From NCBI GenBank assembly GCA_050273025.1, contig CP158635.1, positions 2,666,001-2,730,000 on the forward strand: 64,000 nucleotides of DNA. The letters run 5' to 3'. Made by a program: the position numbers and the translations under genes. Below the pieces are notes generated by a model. The model had not been told where the DNA came from, ran no database searches, and saw only the letters and a program-made list of their open reading frames with translations. Below, one piece after another: positions 37,701-50,232 of this stretch; the first letter of the stretch is position 1, and each line of letters starts with the position of its first letter. The stretch is from Cenococcum geophilum (taxonomy: Eukaryota).

Positions 37701-40700
37701 ATCCTATTCCTTTAATTAACAAAACCCTTATACGTTTAAGATAGGTAAAGATCTTTACTAAACTTAATATCCGCCAAGCTTTCTACCAAATTAGGATAGA
37801 CCCTACATCTAAAAATTTAATAACATTCCGTACCTGTTACGGGTCCTATAAATATAAAGTCCTTCCTTTTAAACTAATAAATGGGCTAGCTATATACTAA
37901 AGGTATATAAACGATATCCTTTTCAACTACCTTAATAAATTCTATATAGCATACCTAGACGACATCCTTATATACTTAGATAATAAACTTAAGCATAAAG
38001 TTCATATAAAGAAGGTCCTAAAGAGACTACGGAATATAGGCTTATAAGTTAATATTAAGAAATATAAATTTGGAGTAAAATGTATAAAGTACCTTAGGTT
38101 TATTATTACTATAAAAGGAATTAAAGTTAATCCTAAGAAGGTTAAAGCAATCCGTAACTAGAAACCCCCTTATACCGTAAAAGGGATCTAGTCCTTCCTT
38201 AGTTTTTGTAACTTCTACTACTAGTTTATCCGTAACTATAAAGTTATAGCTAAGCCTCTAGTACGACTTACCCGGAAAGACACGCCCTTTATCTTTAATA
38301 GTGACTATATAGAAGCCTTTAAAGAGTTAAAAGAGTGGCTTATTTCTTCTCTAATCCTTTATTACTATAACCTAGACCTTAAATTAATGTTAGAAACGGA
38401 CGCTTCTAATAGAGTTATAGCGGGAATCCTATTATAGCTATATTAGGACGGCGAATAGTACCCTATCGCCTTCTTTTTAAAAATAATAGACCCGGCCGAG
38501 TGTAACTACGAAATACACGATAAAGAAATGCTAGCTATTATTTAATTACTGTCCTAATAGCGCGCGGAGCTTAAAGGTATAAACTCCTAGATTAAGATAT
38601 ATACAGATTATAAGGCCCTAGAGTACTTTATAACTATAAAGCAGCTTACTAAACAGCAAGCCTAATAGGCCGAAGTACTCTCCTAATTCTTCTTTATAAT
38701 TATATATCGTTCTAGCAAGTAAAACTCTAAGGTAGATACCCTAACTTAAAGAGAATAAGATATAGGACCCTAGAACGAGCTAAAGACCCAATATTAGACG
38801 CGCGCGCTTCTTTATTCCAAACAGCTCGACCCGCGGATCCTTAAGGAGCTAGACTCCTAGTAAAACGAGCTAGCACTAATAGAGGAGTCCTTAGATAAAC
38901 TAATAGGGCTAATTAACCGCCTTCTAACTGCAAACCGCACGGCTAACGCCCTAAAGGCCCTCCGCGATTAAGCTATAAGAGAAAACCCCAATCTTAAAAC
39001 GGAGGAAGGATTACTCCTATATTAAGAGCGGCTTATAGTCCTTAACGTTAACAATCTACGTACTAAACTAATTCGCGAAGCCTATTGCTAAGTCTTTACG
39101 GCACACCCCGGAAAAAATAAGACCTATAAAATTATTAGCGGCCGCTACTACTAGCCTAGGATGGCTACGGATATTAATTAATATATACGGAACTGCGACG
39201 ACTGCTAAAGAGCTATAATCCCACAAGACAAAACCCTAGGACTACTAAAACCACTCCTAATACTAGAGCGCCCCTAGCAATATATATTTATAGACTTTTA
39301 TAAACTACCTATAGACCGTAATGGATATAATATAGTTATAATCCTAATTAACTGCTTTGGCAAGCGCCCATTCTTAATCCCCTGCTATAAGAATATTAAT
39401 GCCAAAGAGGCGGCCCAGCTATATATCCACTATGTTTACTAAATTTATGGACCGCCAGACACTATTATATCTAATCGCGGGCCGCAGTTTATATTAGCCT
39501 TCTAGAACGAGTTTACCCGGATCCTAAGCATTAAGCTAAAGCTTTTTACGGCGTATCACCCTCAGATAGACGGTTAGATAGAGATTATAAATTAGTATTT
39601 AGACCAGAGACTCCAGCCCTTTATTAACTACTTCTAGAACAACTAGTCTAAACTGCTCCCCCTAATAGACTATACCCAAGCGACCCTACCCCATAACTCT
39701 ACAGGGTTTGCCCCTATTTAGCTAGAAATAGGCTACTTACCCCGTATAAGCTTTAACTAAAAAAGACTAAAAGAACCCCAGACTATATATAAGAAACTAT
39801 TCTATAGTAAGGCCTAGCAGTACACCAAACGCTTAGAAGAGGCCTAGACGGTAGCCCGTAAGAACTTAGAAAAAGCCTAAAGGTTAATAAAACAGTAGGC
39901 AAATAAACACCGCCAGGAACCTAACTTTGCCCCTAATAATAGGGTCTAGGTTATAACAAAGAATTAGAGAACTAAGCGGCCTAGCCGTAAGCTAAACTAC
40001 TAGATGGTAGGACCGTATAAGGTCCTAGAGAAGGTAGGCAACTTATATAAGGTAAAGCTCCCGAATTTAATTAGAGTTTACCCTATTTTCTCGCCGGATA
40101 GGTTACAGAAAGCTATAAGCGACCTATTACCCGGGCAGAAGAACGAGCCTCCCCTACTAATTTAAGTTAGTGGCGACAATAAATAGGAAGTTAAGGAAAT
40201 ACTAGCATATAGGCTAGTGCGAGGAGCGCTAAAATACCGTGTCTAATAGAAGGGCTATAACCCAGATCTAACCTAGTACCCTACTTAGAACTTTATAGGC
40301 TACCCCTAAAAGCTTAAAGAGTTCTATAATTAATACCCTAACTCACCCGGACCCCTAAAGTACCTGGATAAGTAGATGGAATATTGGTATAATAAAGACG
40401 ATAAGTTGCCAGAAGAGCATAGAGATAAGAACGCCCTAAGGCCTAAGGAACGAAGCCTACTATAATATACGGCCACCTAGATTTACGCGTCACGTAAGGC
40501 CTTTAGATATCCAGGAACTTTAACCACCAGTTGAAGTTCTCTAATTGGTCGGATCCTTGCCAAGAGTTTTAGCGGCTACCCCTTCCACTCTAGCGCTCTA
40601 CGTGACCTACGGTCGCCTTATATACTTAGTCCAAACGCACTTATATCTCCTCTCTCTAGTTCTACTTTGTTTCTAATAAAGCCTAAGGGCAGGCTTTCTT

Positions 40701-40908
40701 TTAAAGGGGGGGGTGATGTTACGGCACTATAACGCGTAACCTGGACAGGGAGCCTAGTTAGGGGTTCGGCTAAGGACTTAGCGTTATAACGCGTATATAT
40801 TACGCCTCTACCTCCTATATATACCTCTCCTCTTCTCCTTAGCTTAGTATCTTCGTAATACAGCATTCTACAAGCTTTGGTTCAGAGGTATTTATATAAG
40901 CCGTAACA
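34800..40908 (+). mobile_element. Complete Ty3/Gypsy LTR retrotransposon D (6109 bp) nested in the fold-back MITE
   Basis: 192-bp LTRs at 34800-34991 and 40717-40908, TSD AGTAT/GGTAT. Gag CCHC knuckle CYNCDKEGHFALSC (~36261), ALIDTGA protease (~36508), intact YLDDILIY (~37952), RH, integrase and chromodomain. PPT AAAGGGGGGGG. Confidence 0.95.
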
Positions 40909-41669
40909 GGTATAGCCCGGGGAGTAGTCAAACACGTTAGAGAGCAGTGCTTATTTAACCCTAAGGCAATAACTAGGTGTCTCTTATATCTTACCCAGTT
41001 AGTAACTAATTAAGATTCGTGTGCTATACTATTAATACCTTCTAAACGCATTATAAACGGGTTTAAAATAGCTTACTAATTAGTAAATTATAGAGTTCTT
41101 TGTATTCTAACTGGCTCCTATATATAAGAAGAGCTTTTATCCGTTTATATATAGAGTAGGCCGTTTTATAGTTACCCGCGGCTTTTAAGATGCTTTATAG
41201 GAAGTATACTCAGTAAAAAACTAGTGTTTTCCTAAGATGCCACATCTAATTGCGCCTTTAAGGATTAATATGCTGTAGATACCGCCTAAACCCTTTTATA
41301 ATACGTTAGGAAGGCGTTTTAATTGCGTTCTAGGTATCCTACTAGCCATTTGCTTGCCATCTATATTAGATATAATAGCTTTAAAGCCTCCCTTATTACT
41401 ATAAATCTATTTCTAATAAATCTATTTCTAAAAATATTTAGAAAGTAATTAAAAGACTTACTTAAAGTATAACTGGTAAGTACGCCTTATTTCCATATTA
41501 GTAATAATATATATAAGCGTAAAAACTATTAGAATATATTAGTATCGCGTTCTAAACGGGTTTATATTATATAATAATACTTTTACTATACTCTTTAAGC
41601 TAAACAGCGAATATAATCTCGTTTATATTTCTTTTAATAATACGTTTAAAAGATATATTAACTTTAAAT

Positions 41670-43317
41670 TGTAAGGCAGTATTGCCAGGGTGTACGGTAG
41701 GGAGCAGGCAAGCCGAGCATGAGTCACATAGGGAGTCGATGGAAGAGGACGATATGGTAAAGAGTAGGCAATAGCCTCGTACTGAGAGAGACGAACCGAT
41801 GGGGGAGGAAGGAGGCTGCAAGCCCGAGGTGCTTATAAGGAGGTGCCAAGCCTAGCCTTCGGCTAGGCCTTGGCTACCCCTTAGAGCTCCTAGGCGATGC
41901 AGCCGAGTAAGGGACCAAAAGTACCCTTACATTGCCCCCCCCCTTCTTGCGGTCAGCCCCCTCCATTACCTTGCGGTAGCGGGAGATTATAGAGGGCTCG
42001 TCCCGGAAGGGGTTCGGAGAGATGTCGGGTCTTGTGAGCTTTTGAAGCAAGCTGGAGCTCTTGGAGCAACCAAAGCTTTGCAGAGAGATGATCGCGTAGG
42101 ATCTTTGAGCTGCTGCCATTTTCTTGGGCAAGCTATAGCTCTTGATGCAAGCTGGAGCTCTTGGAGCGACCAAAGCCTTGCAGAAAGATGATCGCGTACG
42201 ATCTTTGAGCCGCCGCCATTCTCTTGGGCAAGCTGTAGCTCTTGGAGCAAGCAGTAGCTTGTGAGATCACGTAGGATCTCTAAGCCGAAGCTTCTTGAGG
42301 TAAGCCGTAGCTTAATGAGAGACAACCGCCTACGGTTTAGTCTCGGCAGCCCTTTGGCTGATTGGGCCGTAGCCCTTGATTGCATTTAATCTGGAAGAGA
42401 GGGTAGTAGCTATAGCTTTGAAAACTAGCCGTTAGTTCTTCGGATGGCCATTGAATAGCAATCGGATAGCCTCTAGGGTAGCTGCATCTCTTTAAGGACG
42501 TTCAACCTTCCAAGCTCTGTTGGTGGCACTGCCCTGCGCAAGTGAACCGTGGTTGGCCTATAGAGTATTGCAAGCTTAATCGCGCACGATCCCCCTTAAC
42601 TCCTGCCAGAAAGCTTTCGGATAGCAATTGAATCACCTTCGGGTCGCCGTCGGGGCAGAGCTGCACCGCTGTACTGTCGATTGTATGCGTATACCAATCG
42701 CGTCGAGAGATGATCGCGTATGATCCGGATAGCCCCTGACCCTTGGCCAGGTAGCTACCGTCTCCCTTGTCTCCTGATCCGTATCTACCACCGTAATATG
42801 CGGATGCGATCTGCCAGACTCTGCTGGTGTAGCTGCTCTGCAGCATACGCGATCGTCCTAGGTAAGGTAGAGAACCTGATCCGTATTCTAACACCGTTAT
42901 GCGGATGCGATCTGCTAGGCGTCTGCTGGTGTACCTGCTGTGTCGCAGTAAACGCGATCGTCCTAGGTAAAAATGGAGGATTGTGATTTTGCTCGAGGGC
43001 GCAGCCCTCGGCTTGCTGTAGGCTACCACCCGCGAGGGTGTAGGATCGGTTCGAATGTAAGGCAGTATTGCTAGGGTGTACGGTAGGGAGCAGGTAAGCC
43101 GAGCATGAGTCATATAGGGAGTCGATGGAAGAGGACGATATGGTAATGAGGGTAGGCAATAGCCTCGTACGGAGAGAGACGAACCAATAGGGGAGGAAGG
43201 AGGCTGCAAGCCCGAGGAGCTTATAAGGGGTAGCTAAGGCCTAGCCGAAGGCTAGCCTTGGCAGCCCCTGAGAGCTCCCGGGATGTAGCCGAGTAAGGGA
43301 CTAAAAGTACCCTTATA
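41670..43317 (-). mobile_element. Non-autonomous LTR retroelement E (TRIM/LARD-like, 1648 bp) nested in the X1 transposase
   Basis: 262-bp LTRs at 41670-41931 and 43056-43317 (TGTAAGG...CCTTACA). Poly-C at 41935-41943 is a minus-strand PPT. AAAT is duplicated at the ends. The 1.1-kb interior has internal tandem duplications and no RT/IN. Confidence 0.85.
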
Positions 43318-46059
43318 AAATATAGTTTAGGCTAAGAAGATCTTAGCTTACTCTTATAGAAAGTAGATTATTATAACTCCGTTTTAATTATTATAGATCT
43401 GTTAGATATAAGCCTATAATATATTAGTAAGCCTATTAGAACGCGTTTATAACATATTTATATACTATTTTAGGATTTTAATGCTTTTAATTAAACTTAT
43501 ATACTACCCCTACTAGTCCTTTTCCTTCTAGGTATAGAGTAAGCTTCTCTTTTTAAATTAATCTAGTAATATGATCTATGGTAGTAAAGCTTACGTAAAT
43601 CTATACTAAAGAGGCCTTTCTATACTCTATGCAAAACTGTTTAAAGGTAGAACTTTAAAGAAACTTTCCTATAAAGACGTTAAGTATTTATTCGCAATTA
43701 GTTTAGAATATATTTACTAAGGGTAAGATTTAGATTACGCATTTGACGAACCAACTTAATTACCTTATTTAGTATCTCTAGAGGCGGCTTATTTAGGGGG
43801 GGTGGTGCATAACTATATACCCTATATAAGGTAAAATGAATATAAGGAGTTTCTTCTAAGTCGTCTAAAATAAAAACGTAAAAAGTAACCTCGCAGTCCT
43901 AATAGATAAGTTTCCCTAGTCCCTAGGGGTGGTTAATTCCTAGGAATACGTTATAGACACGTTATAAATATAGTTAGAACGCGTTCTAAGCAGGTTATAT
44001 TTTTCTTACTGTAGTCTACCCTCCTATAGAGATTTAATTTAATAACTCCGCATTACTCCGTTGCTTTATTACCTATATTACCTAGTTAAATAAGAGATAT
44101 TAAATACGCAGTATTGTATTTCTTATTCGCCGGTAATACTTTTCGGAAGTGCTCTAAATGTGTTTCTATAGTAGCCTATATATAGGTAAGAAATAAGTGC
44201 CGAACATTAGTAATATCCTAATGTAATTAGTTCTAAATGTGATTTAGTTAGGTTCTAAACATATTTAGGTAAGGTAATTATATACAGAGTATCTTTGTTG
44301 CTTAATTATTAGTATACAAGCCTCCGTTTAAGAGCTATATATATTTTCAGCTTAAAATTGTTTTTGGGCTGCTAAAAACAAGCTTATATATATTAACTTT
44401 AGTACTAAATAAATTTGGAACCAGTTCCGTACCTATTTATATTACGTTTATAAATATCTGGGTTACTTCTATCTAGGGCTACCCGCTCTTTTTATATTAG
44501 ACCCCACGTCTCTTTAAAAACCATAATATGTCTTAAAGATTATAACAAATTCTAAAGATATTCGCACTGTTTTACTCCTAAATAATGCATTTTATGTTTT
44601 TACCTCTTGCATTTAAGAGAGCGGACGTTATAGGCTTAAGAGTATGCACTTATTTAGTTCCGTATTAGATCTAAACGCGTTATAAACTAGTTATAAATAT
44701 AGTTAGAGTATAATTTAGATTTTTATTAACTTACCTATATATATTTTTATGTATCTGTACCTCTTAAGTTAATATAGTAAGTATAACCTTTATTTAGCGT
44801 CTATGGGTACTTTAGAAGGCTTAAATAATTCTTAATTATAAGTATAGTAAGAGGATTAGTAGATGCCTTGGTAAGAAATGTAATATAAAAAACTTTAGGC
44901 TAAATATATTTAGAACTAGACCAGAACGTATTTAGAATATATTAAAAACTTACCTTAATTTAATCTTGCGGCTATATTTAACTCTCTTTTAATATATAAT
45001 CTTCTAACCCAAGAACACTGTCTTCCAAATTAATTTTAAACTTATTTTTATTATCACTAGAGAAATCCAGTGGCTAGTAATTATTAGATAGATCTATTTA
45101 AATTAGAATATATTTCGAACACGTTACAAACACGTTATAACTAGTTACCTATAATGGTTGGTTCTGTTTTGGAGCCGGGAGGTAAGTTATGTGGTAGGAT
45201 AAGCGATTTGGGCTCGGTTAACCACGTAATCTTATATTTTTAGCTAAGGCTGCCCCGTACAGGGATTATGTATTAGCGCTTATAATAGACCCACCCTTTA
45301 GCGTAGTAAGACCGACCTGTATCTACTACTTCGACCTTTCTTTATTAACCTGAGGTACGAATAGTCTATTACTTTTCTGTCCCAATTTTTAAACTTCGCC
45401 AAGCCTATCTTTAATTGGTTTAAAAACTTTGCTAAGCTCGCTTTTAATTAGTTTAAAAAATATAACACGTGGTAAGTTATGGTAGAATCCACGTAACGAA
45501 CATTAAAATATTGCAAACGTTAAAATATCTCAGTATTCCTTTTTTGTTGACACCTTAATTAACACTACTATATACATTATAAACGTAGTAGAGCCTACTA
45601 TAATTAAGTGTATTAAGTGCCATATCTATAAGCCCCGTATTGACTTTGTTAAAGACGGCCCATTAAAGAAGCTTTTAAAGCTATGCTAGCTATATTAGTT
45701 AAAGGCACGTTTTCCCTATATATTACTTTTACTTATACTTACTTTTCTAAAACTCTACATCTATTTTAAAAAAGCGGAAAGCTCTTATAGGGCTAGGTTC
45801 TACTACTAAGAATTATTCTATAAGGCGCCAGCAAACTACTTAACCTAAAAATAACCCTAAGAACGCCTTTCTGCCTTACGGCTAGAATAGCCAAGATACC
45901 CCTAAAATAGCTTAATAGCGGAGGACAATTAGGGTAATATAACGGGAGCACCGCATTCTTATTCGGTAGGGTAAAGCTTACTTACCTACTCCTCTACTAT
46001 ATACTACAGATAAAGCTAGAAGGGGTATCTAAGAGAGCCTAAATGCGTTCTTGCTGGGA

Positions 46060-46180
46060 CTAGCTCTAATACCTACTCTAGCGCCAATACCTACCCTAGC
46101 GCCAATACCTACCCTAGCGCCAATACCTACCCTAGCGCCAATACCTACCCTAGTGCCAATACCTACTTTAGCACTAATAC
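46060..46180 (+). repeat. 18-bp tandem repeat (CTAGCGCCAATACCTACC, ~6-7 units) within the Helitron ORF
   Basis: Direct reading; in-frame hexapeptide repeat (LAPIPT now, probably Pro/Ala-rich before RIP). Confidence 0.85.
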
Positions 46181-48039
46181 CACCTTCCTTACAGCAAGCT
46201 CCGGCTTCAGCTACACTATACCCCATTTTAGCTATTAATTAGAAGCGAATTAAGAAGTTTAGGAGTATACTATAGGCTAAATATATAAAGACATGCAGTT
46301 ATTATAAAGAGCGGTGGTTCTAAATAGGCCTAGCTACGGAGGGTAACAATATAGGTATATATAAAGCCTATATTAGGGACGCCGATAGCCTTAATAATCT
46401 AACCCTTCCTTTCCTATTTGGTGAAAGCAACGAGCTTAATCTAGGGCCTGTTCCTGGCTTTCTACCTATACTTACCACGGTGGAAGAGCTTCTAATTACG
46501 CGCGTATACGCGGCCAGCAATATTACTATATTAGCCACGTTTGCTGCTTTAGCTAGAATATACTAAAGACTTAAAGGCAGTTACCATAACTACCTACTAA
46601 ACTTAATATACTGGTTGTAAGGCCTACGGCGGTAGAGGGTGGCAAATACCTAAGTCGGCGGTTTACCAAGCGGTATACTATAAGGCGCTCTACTATAGTA
46701 TAGTGGCTTTACTCTCTAAAGGTTAATTATCCTAATTATTACAACGTTAAAATATATAGCACCCGGCTTACCAGCTTACCTAAAAACGGCTCTATATTAG
46801 AGCAGCTACCTTATATTAATAAGTTAGAGTTGGAGTTTAATTCTAGTGGCCTAATGGCTTACCTTACTGCTCCTATATAACGTCCTTCTACTTTACCTAC
46901 TAAGCTTAGCAGTAATATACCGGACGGCGAATTTAATAACAACGTACTAGATACTCTGGTTCCTAATCTAGTGCCTAACCTTAATAAATTAAAGCTTTTA
47001 GGTCGCGAGGTTTAATACCAATAAGACCTACGAGTAGGGCTAGAGGTTCCTACTATACGGTAAACACCTCTCTCTAAGCGATTAGCTAGTTTTATTATGC
47101 GCGGCGCCTTTCTTACTCTGTTTTCTTATAGTAAAGCCGACTTTAATATGCTATAAAGCCGTATAGTTACTCTAGCTGCGTACGGCAAGCATATGCTTAA
47201 GTATTAGGATAGTTAGTTTAGCCGCTATCCCTTATTTCGCTACTATATGTTTAATTAGATTATAAGAGAGCAAGCCCTTAACGCCACCCGCTTCCTTTAC
47301 AGCTAATTAAATAAGAATAGTCTATCTTTAAATAAGCTTAGTAATCTTATAAATAGAAGTAAGGGTAACTAGATTCTAAAAAAGATTATATAGTATATAC
47401 GGAAGCTTAAGGGCACTAGGCCTTACTAGAAGTAGAAGAGAAATAAGCTTACGGCTTATACTAAAAATATTAAAAGCGGGTCTTTATTCTTTACACTTAG
47501 CGCTATTAATCTATATTGGTATAATCTACACTCTTATATACCTCGATTTAACGAATATAAGGCTGTTAATAAGGCTTAGCGCTACCGGATTGCTTCTTAG
47601 AATCTTAATAATAACCTATATATTGCTACTTACTGGCTATATTACCGCTTTAATCTATTTAGGAAGCACATACTTATAGGTCTATTTAATAGCACTAACT
47701 TTTAGTTCTAATATAAGTGGTAGATATAAGGTAGCGGCTATATATATAGCTTCTTATAGAGTTTAATAGCCCTAAGGCTAGATCCGTTAACTAGTAAATT
47801 AAGGGCGGCTTTTGCTAAGCACTGGGCTGCTTTTATATCTATAATAAATCCTAATTAATCTAGGCCTCCCAATCTTTAATACCCTTTTGCTCTTAGCTAT
47901 AAAGAACAGCTTAATACTAGTAAGCTTCTTACTACCTACGTCAGGAAAAAAATTTACCAGCATTTTTACAGCATTTGGCAGCATTTGGCGGCTAAATGCG
48001 CATTCCGCGCACTACAACGTGTAGCGTATGGTATCGACT

Positions 48040-48285
48040 AAGGTGCGGCATACTGCTGTATTTAACAATACAGTGCGGCATACTGCTGCGTACTGCTGTA
48101 TTTAACAATATAGTGCGGCATACTGCTATATTTAATAATGCAGTGCGGCATACTGCTGTATTTAACAATGCAGTGCAGCTAATTACGCATTTTGCGCATT
48201 CTGTACATAATGCCCTCCTCGTACATTCTATACATAATGCCCTTCTCGCGTATTCTGTATATAATGCCCTTCTCGCACATTTTAT
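48040..48285. repeat. 30-bp (CAGTGCGGCATACTGCTGTATTTAACAATG) and 27-bp (GCATTCTGTACATAATGCCCTCCTCGC) tandem repeats
   Basis: Direct reading; about 4 and 3 units respectively. Followed by a (CCTA/CCTG/TCTG)n tract at ~48397-48512. Confidence 0.85.
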
Positions 48286-48579
48286 ATATCTTGCTCACTT
48301 TAAGCAATAAATAAGTATTGCTCTTCCTATGCAGTTGGTGCAAAATAAATTATATTATTTTAGATAATTTAATATAATATAGCGATGGTTCTCCCCTACC
48401 CGCCTACCTACCGACCTACCTACCTGCCTGCCTGCCTACCTGTCTGTCTGTCTATCCATCTGTCTGTCTATACCTACCCGTCTATGCCTACCTATCTGTG
48501 CCTACCTGTCTATGTCACCTTGATTCGATCGATCGATCGAATCGTTTATCGTGTTCGCTGGCTGGTCGTTCGAACGGTT

Positions 48580-48825
48580 GTCGTGTGGCTCTGGCGACGG
48601 TCGTGTGGCGATGACGACGGTCGTCTAGCTCTGGCGACGGTCATCTGGCTCCGGCGACGGTCGTCCAGCTCTGACGACGGTCGTCTAACTCTGACGACGG
48701 TCGTCTGGCTCTGACGACGATCGTCCAGCTCTGGCGACGGTCATCTGGCTCCGGCGACGGTCGTCTAGCTCTGACGACGGTCGTCTGGCTCTGACGGTCG
48801 TCTAGCTCCGGCGACGGTCGTCTGC
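48580..48825. repeat. 21-bp minisatellite (GACGGTCGTCTGGCTCTGGCG-like), ~11 units
   Basis: Direct reading; each unit contains the near-palindrome GACGACGGTCGTC. Confidence 0.9.
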
Positions 48826-48966
48826 TGGCTGTCGTTCTGGTGTCTTCCTAGGTAGGGAGGATGTAAGGAAGGGTAAAAAATGAGGTGGCTACCTAGGTGT
48901 ATATAGGGGGTATACTTGGCAGAGGCACCTGTAGAGGCTATCGGGAATATAGCGGGGACCCGATGC

Positions 48967-49398
48967 GGAGCTTCGTGTAGAGCCTCCGTACGCAGAGCTT
49001 CGCGCAGAGCCTTGTGCAGAGCCTCTGTACGCAGGGCTTTATGTAGAGCCTTGTGCAGAGCCTCTGTACGCAGAGCTTTATGTAGAGCCTTGTGTAGAGC
49101 TTCGTGTAGAGCTTCGTGTAGAGCTTCGTGTAGAGCTTCGTGTAGAGCTTCGTGCAGAGCTTCGTGTAGAGCTTCGTGCAGAGCTTCGTGTAGAGCTTCG
49201 TGCAGAGCTTCGTGTAGAGCTTCGTGCAGAGCTTCGTGTAGAGCTTCGTGCAGAGCTTCGTGTAGAGCTTCGTGCAGAGCTTCGTGCAGAACTTCGTGTA
49301 GAACTTCGTGTAGAGCTTCGTGCAGAGCTTCGTGCAGAACTTCGTGTAGAGCTTCGTGCAGAGCTTTATGCAGAGCTTCATGCAGAGCTTCGTGCAGC
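48967..49398. repeat. 12-bp minisatellite (GAGCTTCGTGYA)n, >30 units
   Basis: Direct reading; the GCA/GTA alternation is a RIP-type C>T at CpA. Confidence 0.95.
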
Positions 49399-50232
49399 AT
49401 TTAATTTTACTTTTCTGCCATTTTAGCATTTTCTAGCATTTAGCAGCTAAATGCTAATACTTAATTATAAATGCAGCATTTGGCGGCTAAATGCTAGTAC
49501 TTAGTAATAAATGCAGCTAAATGCTAATACTTAATTATAAATGCGGCATTTGGCGGTAAATGCTAGTACTTGGTAATAAATGCGGCATTTAGCTGCTAAA
49601 TGCTAGGAAATGCTAGAAATGCTAAAATGGCAGAAAAGTAAAATCAAATGCTGGTAAATTTTTTCCTGACGTACCTTAATTAATTTTAACGGCACCGCAA
49701 TTACACTAAATCTTACTGCTTAAGATTAAAGAAAGGCTCCGCTGGAGTAAAGGAGTGCCGCTTTTACTTTCTACGCTCTCTCTGTAATAAGGCCGCTGTA
49801 TTAAAGGATTAAAATCTATATCACTAGACGTTCTGTCCATAGCGTAACAATAAGCTTCTTAATAGCTATAATTCAGCTATAATACTAGCGTGGATGGTAA
49901 ATATTAATACGTCGCCCGCTATAAGTATATTAGTAATAGTTAACTATATAGGCAAATATTATAGTAAGAAAGAGAAGAAGTTAACTTCCTACTAGGAGTT
50001 ACTCTAATTAGTACAGCTATACGCCAACAGTCTTTATACCTTTAGTTTAATAGTAGCTAAGTTTATATATAAGCTTATTACTAAACGCGATTAGTTAGCG
50101 TAGGAGGTATACCATCTGCTTCTTAATATTCCCCTTTCTAAAGGCTTAAGGAATATAGTAACTTTAGACTACCGCTAGGAGGATAATTGAAGCGCTATAT
50201 ATAAGCTTAGGGATAGGCAACTAAGAGGGTAC

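Larger units (their letters stand above)
28431..40937. mobile_element. Fold-back MITE (~0.43 kb own sequence; Tc1/mariner-Fot1-like ACGT ends, TA TSD), split by X2 and Gypsy D
   Basis: Own segments are 28431-28823, 34793-34799 and 40914-40937. Ends TA|ACGTATTTAACCACTCCCCGGG and CCCGGGGAGTAGTCAAACACGT|TA. The two halves are near-complete inverted repeats. The empty site is visible in X2 at ~32036-32055. Confidence 0.88.
18568..45326 (-). mobile_element. Mutator-like (MULE) DNA transposon copy X1 (~6 kb own sequence, expanded to 26.8 kb by nested insertions)
   Basis: Imperfect ~30-bp TIRs (GTGCGTATAGGTCGG...CCACGCTAAA / TTTAGCGTAG...CCGACCTGTATCTAC). Perfect 10-bp TSD TACTTCGACC at 18558-18567 and 45327-45336. 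Colinear with copy X2 once the insertions are removed. Confidence 0.88.
47939..49671. mobile_element. Non-autonomous TIR element (1733 bp, TA TSD) filled with minisatellites, inserted in the Helitron Rep
   Basis: TIR CGTCAGGAAAAAA(A)TTTACCAGCATTT / AAATGCTGGTAAATTTTTTCCTGACG. TA at 47937-47938 and 49672-49673. Removing it restores the Rep frame (LTTxLNRFQRH.NCT.SYCL). Confidence 0.9.

Noticed and set aside
41600..43209. ORFs of 73-235 aa in element E
   Set aside because: They start within LTRs or cross LTR boundaries and have no recognisable domain; GC richness explains the open frames. The tail of 41600-41821 is X1 transposase sequence.
46029..46242. Standalone ORFs (GARVGI)n and (LAPIPT)n
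   Set aside because: They arise from an 18-bp repeat inside the dead Helitron ORF and are not independent genes.
48040..48825. Regularly spaced 21-30-bp repeats as a possible CRISPR array
   Set aside because: The units are head-to-tail with no unique spacers, there are no cas genes, and the context is eukaryotic and RIPed.
48765..49429. Overlapping ORFs encoding (HEAL)n, (CRAS)n and (CTKL)n
   Set aside because: Artefacts of a stop-free 12-bp minisatellite inside a TIR element; open in several frames on both strands.
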